A stretch of 34,444 bases of DNA, taken from positions 1 through 34,444 of IMG/VR virus record IMGVR_UViG_3300022666_000086; one strand, 5' to 3'. Position 1 is the stretch's first letter. Each line of letters opens with the position of its first letter. This document shows positions 26,021-34,300 of this stretch, piece after piece. The stretch comes from a virus. Lineage: Duplodnaviria; Caudoviricetes. Under the pieces are notes generated by a model that was not told the DNA's origin, did no database searches, and saw only the letters and a list, made by a program, of their open reading frames with translations. Position numbers and translations under genes: made by a program.

Positions 26021-26272
26021 TTATACGATTATTGTCGATTCGTTCAACTTTATCAAATTTTTGTCATAATCTATTGCGTAAGTCATGTTCTTCTCGATAA
26101 ATACCACCCTGGCATGGATGATGATCGGCTGGGAGTCGGATGATGGGGTAGTCAATGATGGGGGCAAAGATACATCCTCGCCTGACAGGTAACTTGCTAT
26201 CGTCACTACACCAGCGAAGACGGATGCGATACTTGCCAGGACGGCTAGGATCTTCTGGAGGCTGGTGGTCAT
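26021..26272 (-). CDS. Single-TM membrane protein (83 aa)
   Basis: MTTSLQKILAVLASIASVFAGVVTIASYL; its ATG overlaps the upstream stop as ATGA. Confidence 0.7.
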   Translation of the reverse strand: MTTSLQKILAVLASIASVFAGVVTIASYLSGEDVSLPPSLTTPSSDSQPIIIHARVVFIEKNMTYAIDYDKNLIKLNESTIIV

Positions 26273-26367
26273 CGTCTCGGCCAAAAAACGTAGAACAAAA
26301 TTAAAAGGCCTAGCCAGAAGCCGATCAGCATGCCAATAGACCATGCGATAGCATCCGGCTCGGCCAT
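26269..26367 (-). CDS. 32-aa single-TM microprotein, not in the ORF track
   Basis: MAEPDAIAWSIGMLIGFWLGLLILFYVFWPRR; starts 2 nt after the upstream stop and is ATGA-coupled to the next gene. Confidence 0.7.
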   Translation of the reverse strand: MAEPDAIAWSIGMLIGFWLGLLILFYVFWPRR

Positions 26368-26369
26368 GC

Positions 26370-27065
26370 CTACTCCTCTATGTCCTCAACGGTCACTACA
26401 TGATTTTTTGTGACTACCATCTTTTCACCGGGGGCCAATGCCGTGGTTGGAAGAACGAGCTCTCCAAGCCTGTCATCGACTGCCTGGACATTGTACAAGG
26501 TCCGGCTGCCAGTGTTGGTAATCTCGAAGGTGTAGACCACTTCCTTGCCTATGTCGGTCACGTTGACATCCGTAAGCTTGGTGATCAGGATCTCGGGTAT
26601 GGCCTCGATCTCAAAGACGGCACTTGCATTAAGGGAAAGTGTTTTGCCCGCGCCTGTCATAGTGGCCTCCGCATAATTGATCACCGGGCCTGGGAGCATC
26701 GATTCTGTGACTTTCATCTGGGCAAAACCTTCTGCAAACTCACCGGGTCCCACTTCAGTTGTGCTCATGGTTATGGGGCCTAGCAGGTCATCTACAACTT
26801 TGATGCCAGTGAGCTTTGCAGTGCCGGTATTGGATAGCCGGAACGTGTAGTTGGCCATCTCACCGGGCTTGTAGGTCTTCTTCTCCACGTCCTTCAGGAG
26901 GATGCCGGAGGCGGTCTCGTTGATCATGATCGCAGCATCCGCCTGGTTGCTGACGGTCACGCCGGCCGAGTCTATGCCGGTAGCGGTTACGGTGTTCTTT
27001 AGCTCCGCAGAGCTGGCTATACCAAAAGCTGCAAGCAGCGCAACGAATAGTATTAGATATCTCAT
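26370..27065 (-). CDS. Secreted protein with two DUF11/DUF7507-like Ig-like domains
   Basis: Signal peptide MRYLILFVALLAAFGIASS; repeated YTF.(L/I)(S/T)NTG...L..(I/V)..VDD.LG....T..(V/L).PGE unit. Confidence 0.85.
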   Translation of the reverse strand: MRYLILFVALLAAFGIASSAELKNTVTATGIDSAGVTVSNQADAAIMINETASGILLKDVEKKTYKPGEMANYTFRLSNTGTAKLTGIKVVDDLLGPITMSTTEVGPGEFAEGFAQMKVTESMLPGPVINYAEATMTGAGKTLSLNASAVFEIEAIPEILITKLTDVNVTDIGKEVVYTFEITNTGSRTLYNVQAVDDRLGELVLPTTALAPGEKMVVTKNHVVTVEDIEE

Positions 27066-27075
27066 AAAATTTACC

Positions 27076-27909
27076 TCAAGAAGATTTGGCTGCTCGTTCT
27101 TTCCGAGCAGCCGGTACTACTTTTTCAGGTTGGGTCTCGTTCTCTGGGACTACCTCAGGAGCCGGTTCTATTGCAGGAGTGTTCAGGCTCCGCACGATCT
27201 TGCCGCCCTCCAGGCTGTAGTTGTATTTGCTGTCGTTCACCGGCAGGATGTAGATGCCCTCTGGCATATTGATGTCCTGGTCCAGGCCGGCGCAGAAGCC
27301 GAGCCAATCTTCGGGGGTGATCGGCTCGTAGCTGACGTTCAGATGGGTGTTCAGCAGGTATTTGCCTACTGCATCCAGCTCTTCGATGGTGGCCGGGCGG
27401 CCTTCAGTGTTGTTGTAGACTCTGCCCTGTATGGTTGCCAGGCCGTCTCTGGTGTCGAACCATATCATAGAATCGACGTTCTCGCCGCCTGATTCAGTAG
27501 CTGACAGGCTGATCTCGGAAGCAAACGAGGCATCACCGGAGATCTTGGTTGCCCGGTAGTCCACCTTATGGCCAGCTCCTGAGCCTTTCACGGCGTACTG
27601 GGTCTTGTAGCCTCCTTTGGCCGAAGTCACCACAAACTGGCTTTTGGCCGTCTCGACGGCAACATCCTGCCCCCATGTCCGGGAATAGTCGTACATGATG
27701 GAAGCATTCTCAGCCATAGCGATGTCTGCACTGTGCTCAGAATCGTGCCGGTAGTCCATCGTGCCCGTGCCCACCATCGAGGTGTCAAGTGTGTTCCCCG
27801 CCCCGCTGACAGCGATCAGGTAAATAGTCGTCAGGAGGCAGACAACGGCGAGAATGCAAGAAGTATAAAAGTATTTTCTGATATCTTCGGGAGAGAATAG
27901 CTTGTCCAT
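27076..27909 (-). CDS. Membrane-anchored beta-rich surface protein (277 aa)
   Basis: ATG at 27909 after GGAGGT; TM segment CILAVVCLLTTIYLIAV; six N-X-S/T sequons; P/E-rich tail. Confidence 0.75.
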   Translation of the reverse strand: MDKLFSPEDIRKYFYTSCILAVVCLLTTIYLIAVSGAGNTLDTSMVGTGTMDYRHDSEHSADIAMAENASIMYDYSRTWGQDVAVETAKSQFVVTSAKGGYKTQYAVKGSGAGHKVDYRATKISGDASFASEISLSATESGGENVDSMIWFDTRDGLATIQGRVYNNTEGRPATIEELDAVGKYLLNTHLNVSYEPITPEDWLGFCAGLDQDINMPEGIYILPVNDSKYNYSLEGGKIVRSLNTPAIEPAPEVVPENETQPEKVVPAARKERAAKSS

Positions 27910-27928
27910 TCTACCTCCGTTGGGCGGG

Positions 27929-28144
27929 TCACTGTTCATTCAGGGCGGTGGTGCAGGAATCTAGAGAGACTCGTGTCTTTTCCAGCTCCGATCTTGTGAG
28001 GCTTAGCTCTTTTTGGAGCCTCTGGTTTTCGGCACGAGAAGCCGCGAGTTCTTGGGTCAGGGGTTCCACATCATGAAATTTCTTAGCCAGCCAACAGAAT
28101 GACAGGAACAGCAGTATGACGGCCAATAAGAGAATATAGTCCAT
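27929..28144 (-). CDS. N-terminal TM plus coiled-coil protein (71 aa)
   Basis: YILLLAVILLFLSFCWL followed by heptads LAASRAENQRLQKELSLTRSELEKTRVSLDSC. Confidence 0.75.
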   Translation of the reverse strand: MDYILLLAVILLFLSFCWLAKKFHDVEPLTQELAASRAENQRLQKELSLTRSELEKTRVSLDSCTTALNEQ

Positions 28145-28564
28145 CTACTTCGCCTCCGCCGTATCTGATATGGCCATTTGAGTGGCCGGGACCAGCTTCT
28201 GGAGGTCGCCTATAAGCTCTTCAACGTCTGGATAGAGGTCTGCGATCTCCTGGGCTGTTGGGGCTTTACCCTGTTCCAGTTTCGCTACTATTACTCGTGC
28301 TTCGGGTTCCATTCCCTGGATATCAGACACCACTTCAGTTAAGATGGGCTGGATGGCTCCCTGAGCAGCCAGTAAAGCCTTTTGCTGATGGGTGGTGATA
28401 TAGCCCACGGCGACAAGCCCGGTGATCACAAATCCTACCAGCTTGTCTGCATCAGACATATCCTGGCCGAATGCTATGGCCAAACCGAAAACGAGAATGA
28501 GGGACACGACGACTATCGGCCCTTTCATGGATTCTATTGTATTGTTTGCAGTCAAATTAACCAC
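28145..28564 (-). CDS. Two-TM membrane protein (139 aa), holin-like topology
   Basis: TM1 IVVVSLILVFGLAIAF, TM2 LVGFVITGLVAVGYI, then a soluble helical C-terminus. Confidence 0.7.
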   Translation of the reverse strand: MVNLTANNTIESMKGPIVVVSLILVFGLAIAFGQDMSDADKLVGFVITGLVAVGYITTHQQKALLAAQGAIQPILTEVVSDIQGMEPEARVIVAKLEQGKAPTAQEIADLYPDVEELIGDLQKLVPATQMAISDTAEAK

Positions 28565-28595
28565 CAGATCCTTGGATCAATCTTTTTGTATTCCA

Positions 28596-28784
28596 TCAAA
28601 AACCACCAGATAATATGCGGTTCCTCTCTTTCAATTGTGTCAGATCCGCCATCATACCCGCAAACGGGGCCTGCTCCCCGGCCTTAATCAGCCTCTTGTA
28701 CTCAGAAAAGTACAGCCTTCGCAGATCCGCTTCCTGGGAGGGTAGAATAGGACGTCTATTTGGATTGGTCAACAAAATCACCAT
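28596..28784 (-). CDS. Small hypothetical protein (~58-62 aa)
   Basis: Overlaps the portal stop; alternative TTG start at 28772 preceded by GGTGA. Confidence 0.5.
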   Translation of the reverse strand: MVILLTNPNRRPILPSQEADLRRLYFSEYKRLIKAGEQAPFAGMMADLTQLKERNRILSGGF

Positions 28785-30288
28785 CCGGATTGAGATATCC
28801 GTAAAACTTTAGCTCCTCGATCGCAATCTCGCTTTTCTGTTTGAGAAGTTCCATGGCAGGCTCTTTGTCTTTGGCGGCGTCAACAGAAGGCAGTGCCGCA
28901 TTTGTCACCAGCTGCATGCCAGGAGTGCTGTGGAAGACCTCTTTCTCCTCAACGAGCTGGGCTCGTTCTTCTTCGGTGAGCGGGTCCCAGCCCATAACGG
29001 TGTAGAGCCGGTCGAGGGTTAGAGCGCCTCGTTCCCAGGCCGCCAGGGCCTGAGTGCGGAGCTGGGCTTTGTCCTCGTACTCCAGCTTCTTCCAGACGAA
29101 CTCGACTGACCAGTCCTTGAACCCGTTAGCCTCCAGGATTTGGGTCAGGAGCTCTTCGAAAGGTTCTGCTAGGTTTGCCCGCCAGCCGTCCACCACGAGC
29201 ATAGCCAGGTCCCAGAGAGGTTGGGAGGACTTGCTGACGGCGGCACCGTTCTGCTCGATCCAGTCGCGCGGGATGAGGTGGTTCAGGATCTCGGCCTTGA
29301 GCTTGTCGTCAGGCAGGAAGATGTCGGGCGGGATGGTCGTGTTGGATTCAATCAGTTCATGCTCTTCCCAGAGCATCAAGAACTTGTTTGAGCTGTAGTC
29401 TCTAAGAGCCTGACCACCCTGTTTCCAGGCCATCTCCCAGCGGTTGCCGGGCTTGCCGGTGGGAGCGAATGGTATCAAGTGGCCATTAGAATCCCTCATC
29501 TCTTTGACCCTGAGCCCTACTGCAGGAGCGGCGGCCCGCCGGATCTGGAGCATGATGTTCTTCCTGACTATCTCCCTCTGTAGGTGTGTAGGAACGATCC
29601 CCTCCAGGTAGCTTTTGCCGTCTACGTACCTAGAGCGCTTGTCCTTGACAACGAGTATCCTGCCGGTTGGGATCTGGAGTACCTGGCCGTTGGGTTGAGT
29701 CTGCCAGTACTCCATGCGACGTTCTTGTGTGTCATAACAGATGCCTTTCAGGAGCCTGCCCTCGACGTATCGGTAGTTCATCATGCCGTGCGGCGATGGT
29801 TGTTCAAAGCTGGTGGCATCGAGATGGACGGCCCACTCAGGACCTTTCCAGTCGTCTAGCCTACCCCAATCGGAGAAGTTGCCTTCGTCGTCCACCTGGA
29901 CCCCTAGCTCGACCAATCCCGGCCCGAATGCCAGGTTATCGATCCAGCATTTGGCCATGAGAGACTTGAGGTCGAGGACCTTATCGAACCGCCAGAGCTG
30001 CTTGAGGATGTCAGGAGAGATCTTTGAGGCTGTCTCGGGGTCCATACCGTCTGGTGGAACCGGGATGAGCCCCCAGCCGTTGAACATGAGGTTGAATATC
30101 CCCAGGAGGATGCTGTCTACCTGGCCTATCTCGGACGTGGCAAGAAGCTGGGATACGTCTATCCTCTTGTCCTCGTAGGACTCCTGGGTAGCAAACTCCC
30201 GGCCCACGAGAGAGAGTATGGGGCTCGATGAGTTGTGCTTCTCTCCCCCGAGGAAGGATATTACTTTGGATCGTAAAGAGTCGAACAT
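28756..30288 (-). CDS. Portal protein (510 aa)
   Basis: Directly after TerL; DNLAFGPGLVEL, DGKSYLEGI, VEFVWKKL and GALTLDRLY..MGWDPL portal-like motifs. Confidence 0.85.
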   Translation of the reverse strand: MFDSLRSKVISFLGGEKHNSSSPILSLVGREFATQESYEDKRIDVSQLLATSEIGQVDSILLGIFNLMFNGWGLIPVPPDGMDPETASKISPDILKQLWRFDKVLDLKSLMAKCWIDNLAFGPGLVELGVQVDDEGNFSDWGRLDDWKGPEWAVHLDATSFEQPSPHGMMNYRYVEGRLLKGICYDTQERRMEYWQTQPNGQVLQIPTGRILVVKDKRSRYVDGKSYLEGIVPTHLQREIVRKNIMLQIRRAAAPAVGLRVKEMRDSNGHLIPFAPTGKPGNRWEMAWKQGGQALRDYSSNKFLMLWEEHELIESNTTIPPDIFLPDDKLKAEILNHLIPRDWIEQNGAAVSKSSQPLWDLAMLVVDGWRANLAEPFEELLTQILEANGFKDWSVEFVWKKLEYEDKAQLRTQALAAWERGALTLDRLYTVMGWDPLTEEERAQLVEEKEVFHSTPGMQLVTNAALPSVDAAKDKEPAMELLKQKSEIAIEELKFYGYLNPDGDFVDQSK

Positions 30289-30289
30289 G

Positions 30290-31798
30290 TCAATATGGTC
30301 CTGAATAGACGCCTTCGTCTTCTATGCCGGATTCGTCTAGCGGTGGTGCCCATTCGGTGCATGAGGTGAAAGCAGGCGCGAACGTGAGCATCACAGCATC
30401 TGCCCTGTCGGGGCTATGGCCGAGACGCTTCTTTGTCTCCTCTTTAGCCTCGATCTGGATCTGGCCTTTTCCCGTGATCTTGTAGATAGGAGCTGCCAGG
30501 TCTCCGAGGAGGTCGTCGTCTGGTGGGAGTGCTAAAGGTTCAGGATTCTTCGGGTCAAGTGACTCCCGAAGAGCCCACCAGAGCTCTGCCCGGAGGTTGA
30601 GGTAAACTTTGTTGCCATCGTCATCCACCACATCCGAAGCGGACCCGACATTAACAGGTATAACAGGAGCGTTTGCAGCTTTCAGAGGATCGACTACCCC
30701 CGCGCCCAGCCCAATCACATCGACTTTGATGTATCTGGCATTGGTTGTGCGGGCCGTTCGCAGAACTTCTCCCGTCACTTCTTGAGTATCTTTGCCGGAT
30801 AGAACTTGTAGAGGATAGACTTTCATCCCCTGGCGAGGCGCTATAACGCTCAGATCGGAGCCGTATCGGGCCACATCAACGCCGAGGTCATAAGAGCCCT
30901 GACCTTCTGTACCTTCCCACCGGGCCATTGATGCTTCTATCCATGCCAATGGGATGATGTTGTTCTCACCCTGTGTCGGGAAGTTGCCTGCTACCCTGGC
31001 TTGATATGCGGGATGGTTCTTGCCCCAACGGGTTACCTTGTCTGCGGCCCAAACCGGAGTGATCAGATATGGCGCGGGCCAATTAAACGATCCGTCTGGG
31101 TTTTTGGCTGCTTTCTCTTTCCAGGCACCAGACTCTAGGTCATCCTCGGTAATCCCGAATGCCGTAAAATTTGGCGTATCCCAAGCAGCGATGTGGAACC
31201 TAGACCATCCCGGCTCCCGGTGAGAGCGATAGAACGTGCCGCCGATCAGCGTTGGATTTCCCAATAGCAATAATCGGCAGTGGCCTGAGGTAACTACACC
31301 CTCAATGGCCTCGAAAATGTCCTCTTTTACGCCCGCTGCTTCGTCTACTATGACCAAAAGATGTGGCGCATGGAACCCTTGGAACCTGTCGGGCTGGTTG
31401 GTGGACAGGCCCAATGCAACCCATTCATCTTGAACTATCTGTAGCTCAGGGCTTTTCTTAGCCAACTCTCCGCCAAGATGGATCTTGGATTTGCGAATGC
31501 TTGATCTAACTTCTTTCCAGATCAGCTTTTCGACCTGGCGAAAAGTGGGTGCGGTTGTAAGAACAATAGAATAAGGAAAGGTATAGAGGAACCAAAGGGT
31601 AACATTCCCGGCCAGGTAGGACTTGCCGACGCCATGACATGATCTGGCGGATGTCCTTTCGTTGTCTCGGACGGATTCGACTATTTCTTTTTGAGCATCC
31701 CAGAATTTCACACCGAGTGCTCGATTGATCCACCACACCGGATCGACCGGGGCACGCGCCTTCAGCTCCTTGCGCTGCTCCTTTGTGAGAGGGATCAA
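30290..31798 (-). CDS. terL: Terminase large subunit
   Basis: Walker A RSCHGVGKS, Walker B LVIVDEAAG, LGNPT coupling motif, nuclease GVDVARYGSD and SPDRADA; TTG start. Confidence 0.96.
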   Translation of the reverse strand: MIPLTKEQRKELKARAPVDPVWWINRALGVKFWDAQKEIVESVRDNERTSARSCHGVGKSYLAGNVTLWFLYTFPYSIVLTTAPTFRQVEKLIWKEVRSSIRKSKIHLGGELAKKSPELQIVQDEWVALGLSTNQPDRFQGFHAPHLLVIVDEAAGVKEDIFEAIEGVVTSGHCRLLLLGNPTLIGGTFYRSHREPGWSRFHIAAWDTPNFTAFGITEDDLESGAWKEKAAKNPDGSFNWPAPYLITPVWAADKVTRWGKNHPAYQARVAGNFPTQGENNIIPLAWIEASMARWEGTEGQGSYDLGVDVARYGSDLSVIAPRQGMKVYPLQVLSGKDTQEVTGEVLRTARTTNARYIKVDVIGLGAGVVDPLKAANAPVIPVNVGSASDVVDDDGNKVYLNLRAELWWALRESLDPKNPEPLALPPDDDLLGDLAAPIYKITGKGQIQIEAKEETKKRLGHSPDRADAVMLTFAPAFTSCTEWAPPLDESGIEDEGVYSGPY

Positions 31799-32335
31799 TC
31801 ATTCATCAGCCTCGTCTTCGAGCATCAGGTCAACCCAGGACTGCATGGCCCCCGCCTTCTTGGTGCCGCTGTCCTCGCCTAATAGCTCCTGTTTGGTCTT
31901 CATGGCCTGCCTGATCTCTGCTGCACACCCCGCGTAGAGAGAGACGTAAGCCATGGGGAGCTTGGGCAGATCCGCGTAGTTCTCGGCTTCTTCCATGCCT
32001 GCAAGCCGATTGGTAATAATCTTCTCCAGCTTTTGGTGGAGGGTATGCTTCCCGGCCACTAGCTGATCCAATACCTCGATCTCTGACAGTCGGGCCTCGG
32101 CATCCACCTGCATGTTTGCCTTGCTTTCGGCATACTGCTCTGAGGCCACGTCTGCAACATTATAATGCTCATCAAAATGATTGTCAAGGGCTCGGTAGCT
32201 AATCTTTACGCCCATCTCCTTCAGTCTTGCGGAGATTATGCGAGAGCTATCGCCGTCCTTGGTGTGCCACTGCTCAATCTGAGTTCTCAGTGGCGAATTG
32301 CAGGCTTTGCAGCGAGATGAGTATCCGGCGAGCAT
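31799..32335 (-). CDS. terS: Terminase small subunit, putative (178 aa)
   Basis: Directly upstream of terL; ATG at 32335 (the longer track start overlaps the upstream gene); N-terminal CKAC, HTH-like segment and HFDEH, then helical oligomerisation region. Confidence 0.7.
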   Translation of the reverse strand: MLAGYSSRCKACNSPLRTQIEQWHTKDGDSSRIISARLKEMGVKISYRALDNHFDEHYNVADVASEQYAESKANMQVDAEARLSEIEVLDQLVAGKHTLHQKLEKIITNRLAGMEEAENYADLPKLPMAYVSLYAGCAAEIRQAMKTKQELLGEDSGTKKAGAMQSWVDLMLEDEADE

Positions 32336-32340
32336 GGTGG

Positions 32341-32400
32341 GAAGGTTGCGAAGGCTATTGCGTAGCTTGTGAAGGTTGCGAAGGTTCCAAGAACGTTGCG
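32341..32400. repeat. 14-bp direct repeat GAAGGTTGCGAAGG x2 (30-bp spacing) plus degenerate copies
   Basis: Exact copies at 32341-32354 and 32371-32384; related GAACGTTGCG at 32391-32400. Confidence 0.85.
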
Positions 32401-33806
32401 CCCTCTTGCATGGCCGTCTTGGTCCCGGACCAAGAGCAGTCTTCTGCAATGATGGTGCTCTGGACCGGCACCAGATCGGTCATGCAATAGCAGCCGCCTG
32501 GCGCATCTATCCTGCAATTGGTGACCTCGACATGAGACCGGCCAATGGCGTGGACACCAAAGTATCCTTCTATCAGGCAGTTGTCAAATAGGACATCAGA
32601 GCCTTCTTGGATGTAAGTCGCCCCGCCGGTCGAGTCCTCCCTAGTCTGGCTGCTCACCAGAACAGAGTTCTCCACCAGGCCGGTCCCATCCCGAATCATC
32701 AGGCCGTAAGAGCCTGTGGTATCGGTGCAGTCCATCTCGATGTCGCTCAGGGTGAAATCGTTAACCTGCCAGACTGTTACCTGGCTATCCGTCCGGAATC
32801 GTGAAGCACTCACATTGTCAGGGCTTCGGGCCTTGTAATCGTCGTTCCCATAGAGGACTAAGCCCTCTCTGCATTTCCAGCCTTCGGAGTCTATCACCGT
32901 GCTGTTGTGGCAGGTATCCAGGATGATGCCCTCCGCACCGCAGTTCTGGGCTACCACCTGGGAGACTATCTCGTTGGTGCCGCTGTCTCCAGCTCCGTTG
33001 TTCCCCAGGTAGATGCCAGATCCCCAAGAGTTCGTCAGGCCTAGCCGGTAGTATAGGCCGTTGGTCCGCTCGGACCCAACCAGGATCAGGCCTTCGCCAT
33101 CATGGGGTTGGCCGTCTGTCTGGGCTGCTCGGTTGCCATCCAGGGTGAGGTCTTGGACTGTGAAATCCTCGTACCCAGGATCATAGCCTCTGGTGCCCCT
33201 GATGAGCATCATGGCAACGTGCCTTGTGGGGCTACGTTGGCCGGGAAGCAGATGGATAACGGTCTCGTCCATCCCATCGCCGCTCATGACCATGTCCTTG
33301 TCTAGGATCTGGATGGCACTGTAGAAGATGTTAGAGCCGTCCGGGTTGAGTGCGAATGAATAAGGAGCTGATAAATTGTAGTGGCCCGCTCCAATGTGCA
33401 GGCTGCCGCCGTCGGGGGTAGCATTTATGGCCGCCTTGAACAGGTCCGCTGCATCCGATGATACGGGCAATGCTGCTATGGGGTCTCCGGCGGCTTCTGT
33501 GATAATGAAATTGTCCTTCTGGTAGATCCGGACATCGTAGGAGCTTTCTGGCTCCGGTGCTGGTTCGGCTTCTGGCTCGGGGTCGATCTCAGCTTCGGGT
33601 TCCAGCTCGATCTCCGCAGGCGATACGCCGATCTCGGGCTCAAATTCGGGAAACGTGATGTTGAGATGGGAGATGTTGACCGTCTGTAGATCTGGCATCA
33701 CGATCTGGGGTGCCTGGATGTCCGAGAAGCTGAATGGAGTGCGATAGACACCCACGGAGCCGCCGATGAGCAAGGCTAAGAGGAGTAATCCGAATATGAG
33801 TCTCAA
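32355..33806 (-). CDS. Secreted right-handed beta-helix (pectin-lyase-like) protein (483 aa)
   Basis: Signal peptide MRLIFGLLLLALLIGGSVG; P/E linker; beta-helix motifs LHIGAGHYNL, GDGMDETVI, LTLDGNR, GSGIYLG; TTG start. Confidence 0.88.
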   Translation of the reverse strand: MRLIFGLLLLALLIGGSVGVYRTPFSFSDIQAPQIVMPDLQTVNISHLNITFPEFEPEIGVSPAEIELEPEAEIDPEPEAEPAPEPESSYDVRIYQKDNFIITEAAGDPIAALPVSSDAADLFKAAINATPDGGSLHIGAGHYNLSAPYSFALNPDGSNIFYSAIQILDKDMVMSGDGMDETVIHLLPGQRSPTRHVAMMLIRGTRGYDPGYEDFTVQDLTLDGNRAAQTDGQPHDGEGLILVGSERTNGLYYRLGLTNSWGSGIYLGNNGAGDSGTNEIVSQVVAQNCGAEGIILDTCHNSTVIDSEGWKCREGLVLYGNDDYKARSPDNVSASRFRTDSQVTVWQVNDFTLSDIEMDCTDTTGSYGLMIRDGTGLVENSVLVSSQTREDSTGGATYIQEGSDVLFDNCLIEGYFGVHAIGRSHVEVTNCRIDAPGGCYCMTDLVPVQSTIIAEDCSWSGTKTAMQEGATFLEPSQPSQATQ

Positions 33807-33814
33807 GAAAATCC

Positions 33815-33955
33815 CTACCTTCTAGCCAAGAATCCTTTTTTCGGCGATGCCGCTCTGAGCGCCTTCTCGACACGAATGGCTTCCTCTACGAAATCCAGGT
33901 CGTAGTTGCTCCACTCCTGGACGCATTTCCAGTCTATATCGCAACGTCGCGGCAT
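33815..33955 (-). CDS. Small hypothetical protein (46 aa), not in the ORF track
   Basis: MPRRCDIDWKCVQEWSNYDLDFVEEAIRVEKALRAASPKKGFLARR; GAGGA upstream; stop lies 8 nt before the next start. Confidence 0.5.
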   Translation of the reverse strand: MPRRCDIDWKCVQEWSNYDLDFVEEAIRVEKALRAASPKKGFLARR

Positions 33956-34300
33956 GGTAAGTTCCTCTCAGAGCTATTGAGGAGCTTCGTGCACTCCCCA
34001 TGAGATGCTACGTGGATCTACTCCCCCGGAAAGACCAAGGAATCCCCTCTCCTCCGATCGCCCGGTTCCGGGTCACTGGGGACCTCACCACGATTTACGC
34101 TGACAGCAAACTGAACGGGAGCTGCCCGATATTGGTTTTGCCGCCTCGGGCCGGGCGGCTGAGTGCAACCCTCTTGTGGCGCTTCTTCCGCAGTCATCGG
34201 GCTAGGAGAAGGAGCCCTCTTTGGCCATTGAAGGCCCGAGGGCTAGCGTAGTCCTTTTTCCGCCAGGCCAAATGAGGCGGTGCATGGGGTGATTAGGATA

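Noticed and set aside
25774-26272. Possible frameshifted single gene joining the 83-aa and 66-aa ORFs
   Set aside because: All three minus-strand frames contain stops in or near the junction, and the 83-aa ORF ends naturally.
32336-32449. N-terminal extension of terS with LRNL repeats
   Set aside because: Overlaps the beta-helix gene; the LRNL pattern is just the DNA repeat read in another frame; ATG 32335 is the better start.
33545-33650. GGCTC/GGTTC-rich low-complexity DNA
   Set aside because: Explained by the Pro/Glu linker (EPEAEIDPEPEAEPAPEPE) of the secreted beta-helix protein.
34040-34095. Resemblance of CAGTGACCCGGAACCGGG (minus strand) to SRP RNA helix 8
   Set aside because: Lacks the conserved CAGG...GNRA...AGCAG arrangement.
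34000-34251. 83-aa plus-strand ORF and short minus-strand ORFs (27 and 59 aa) in the same region
   Set aside because: Pro/Arg-rich composition and no convincing RBS; the region looks more like structured non-coding sequence, though coding cannot be excluded.
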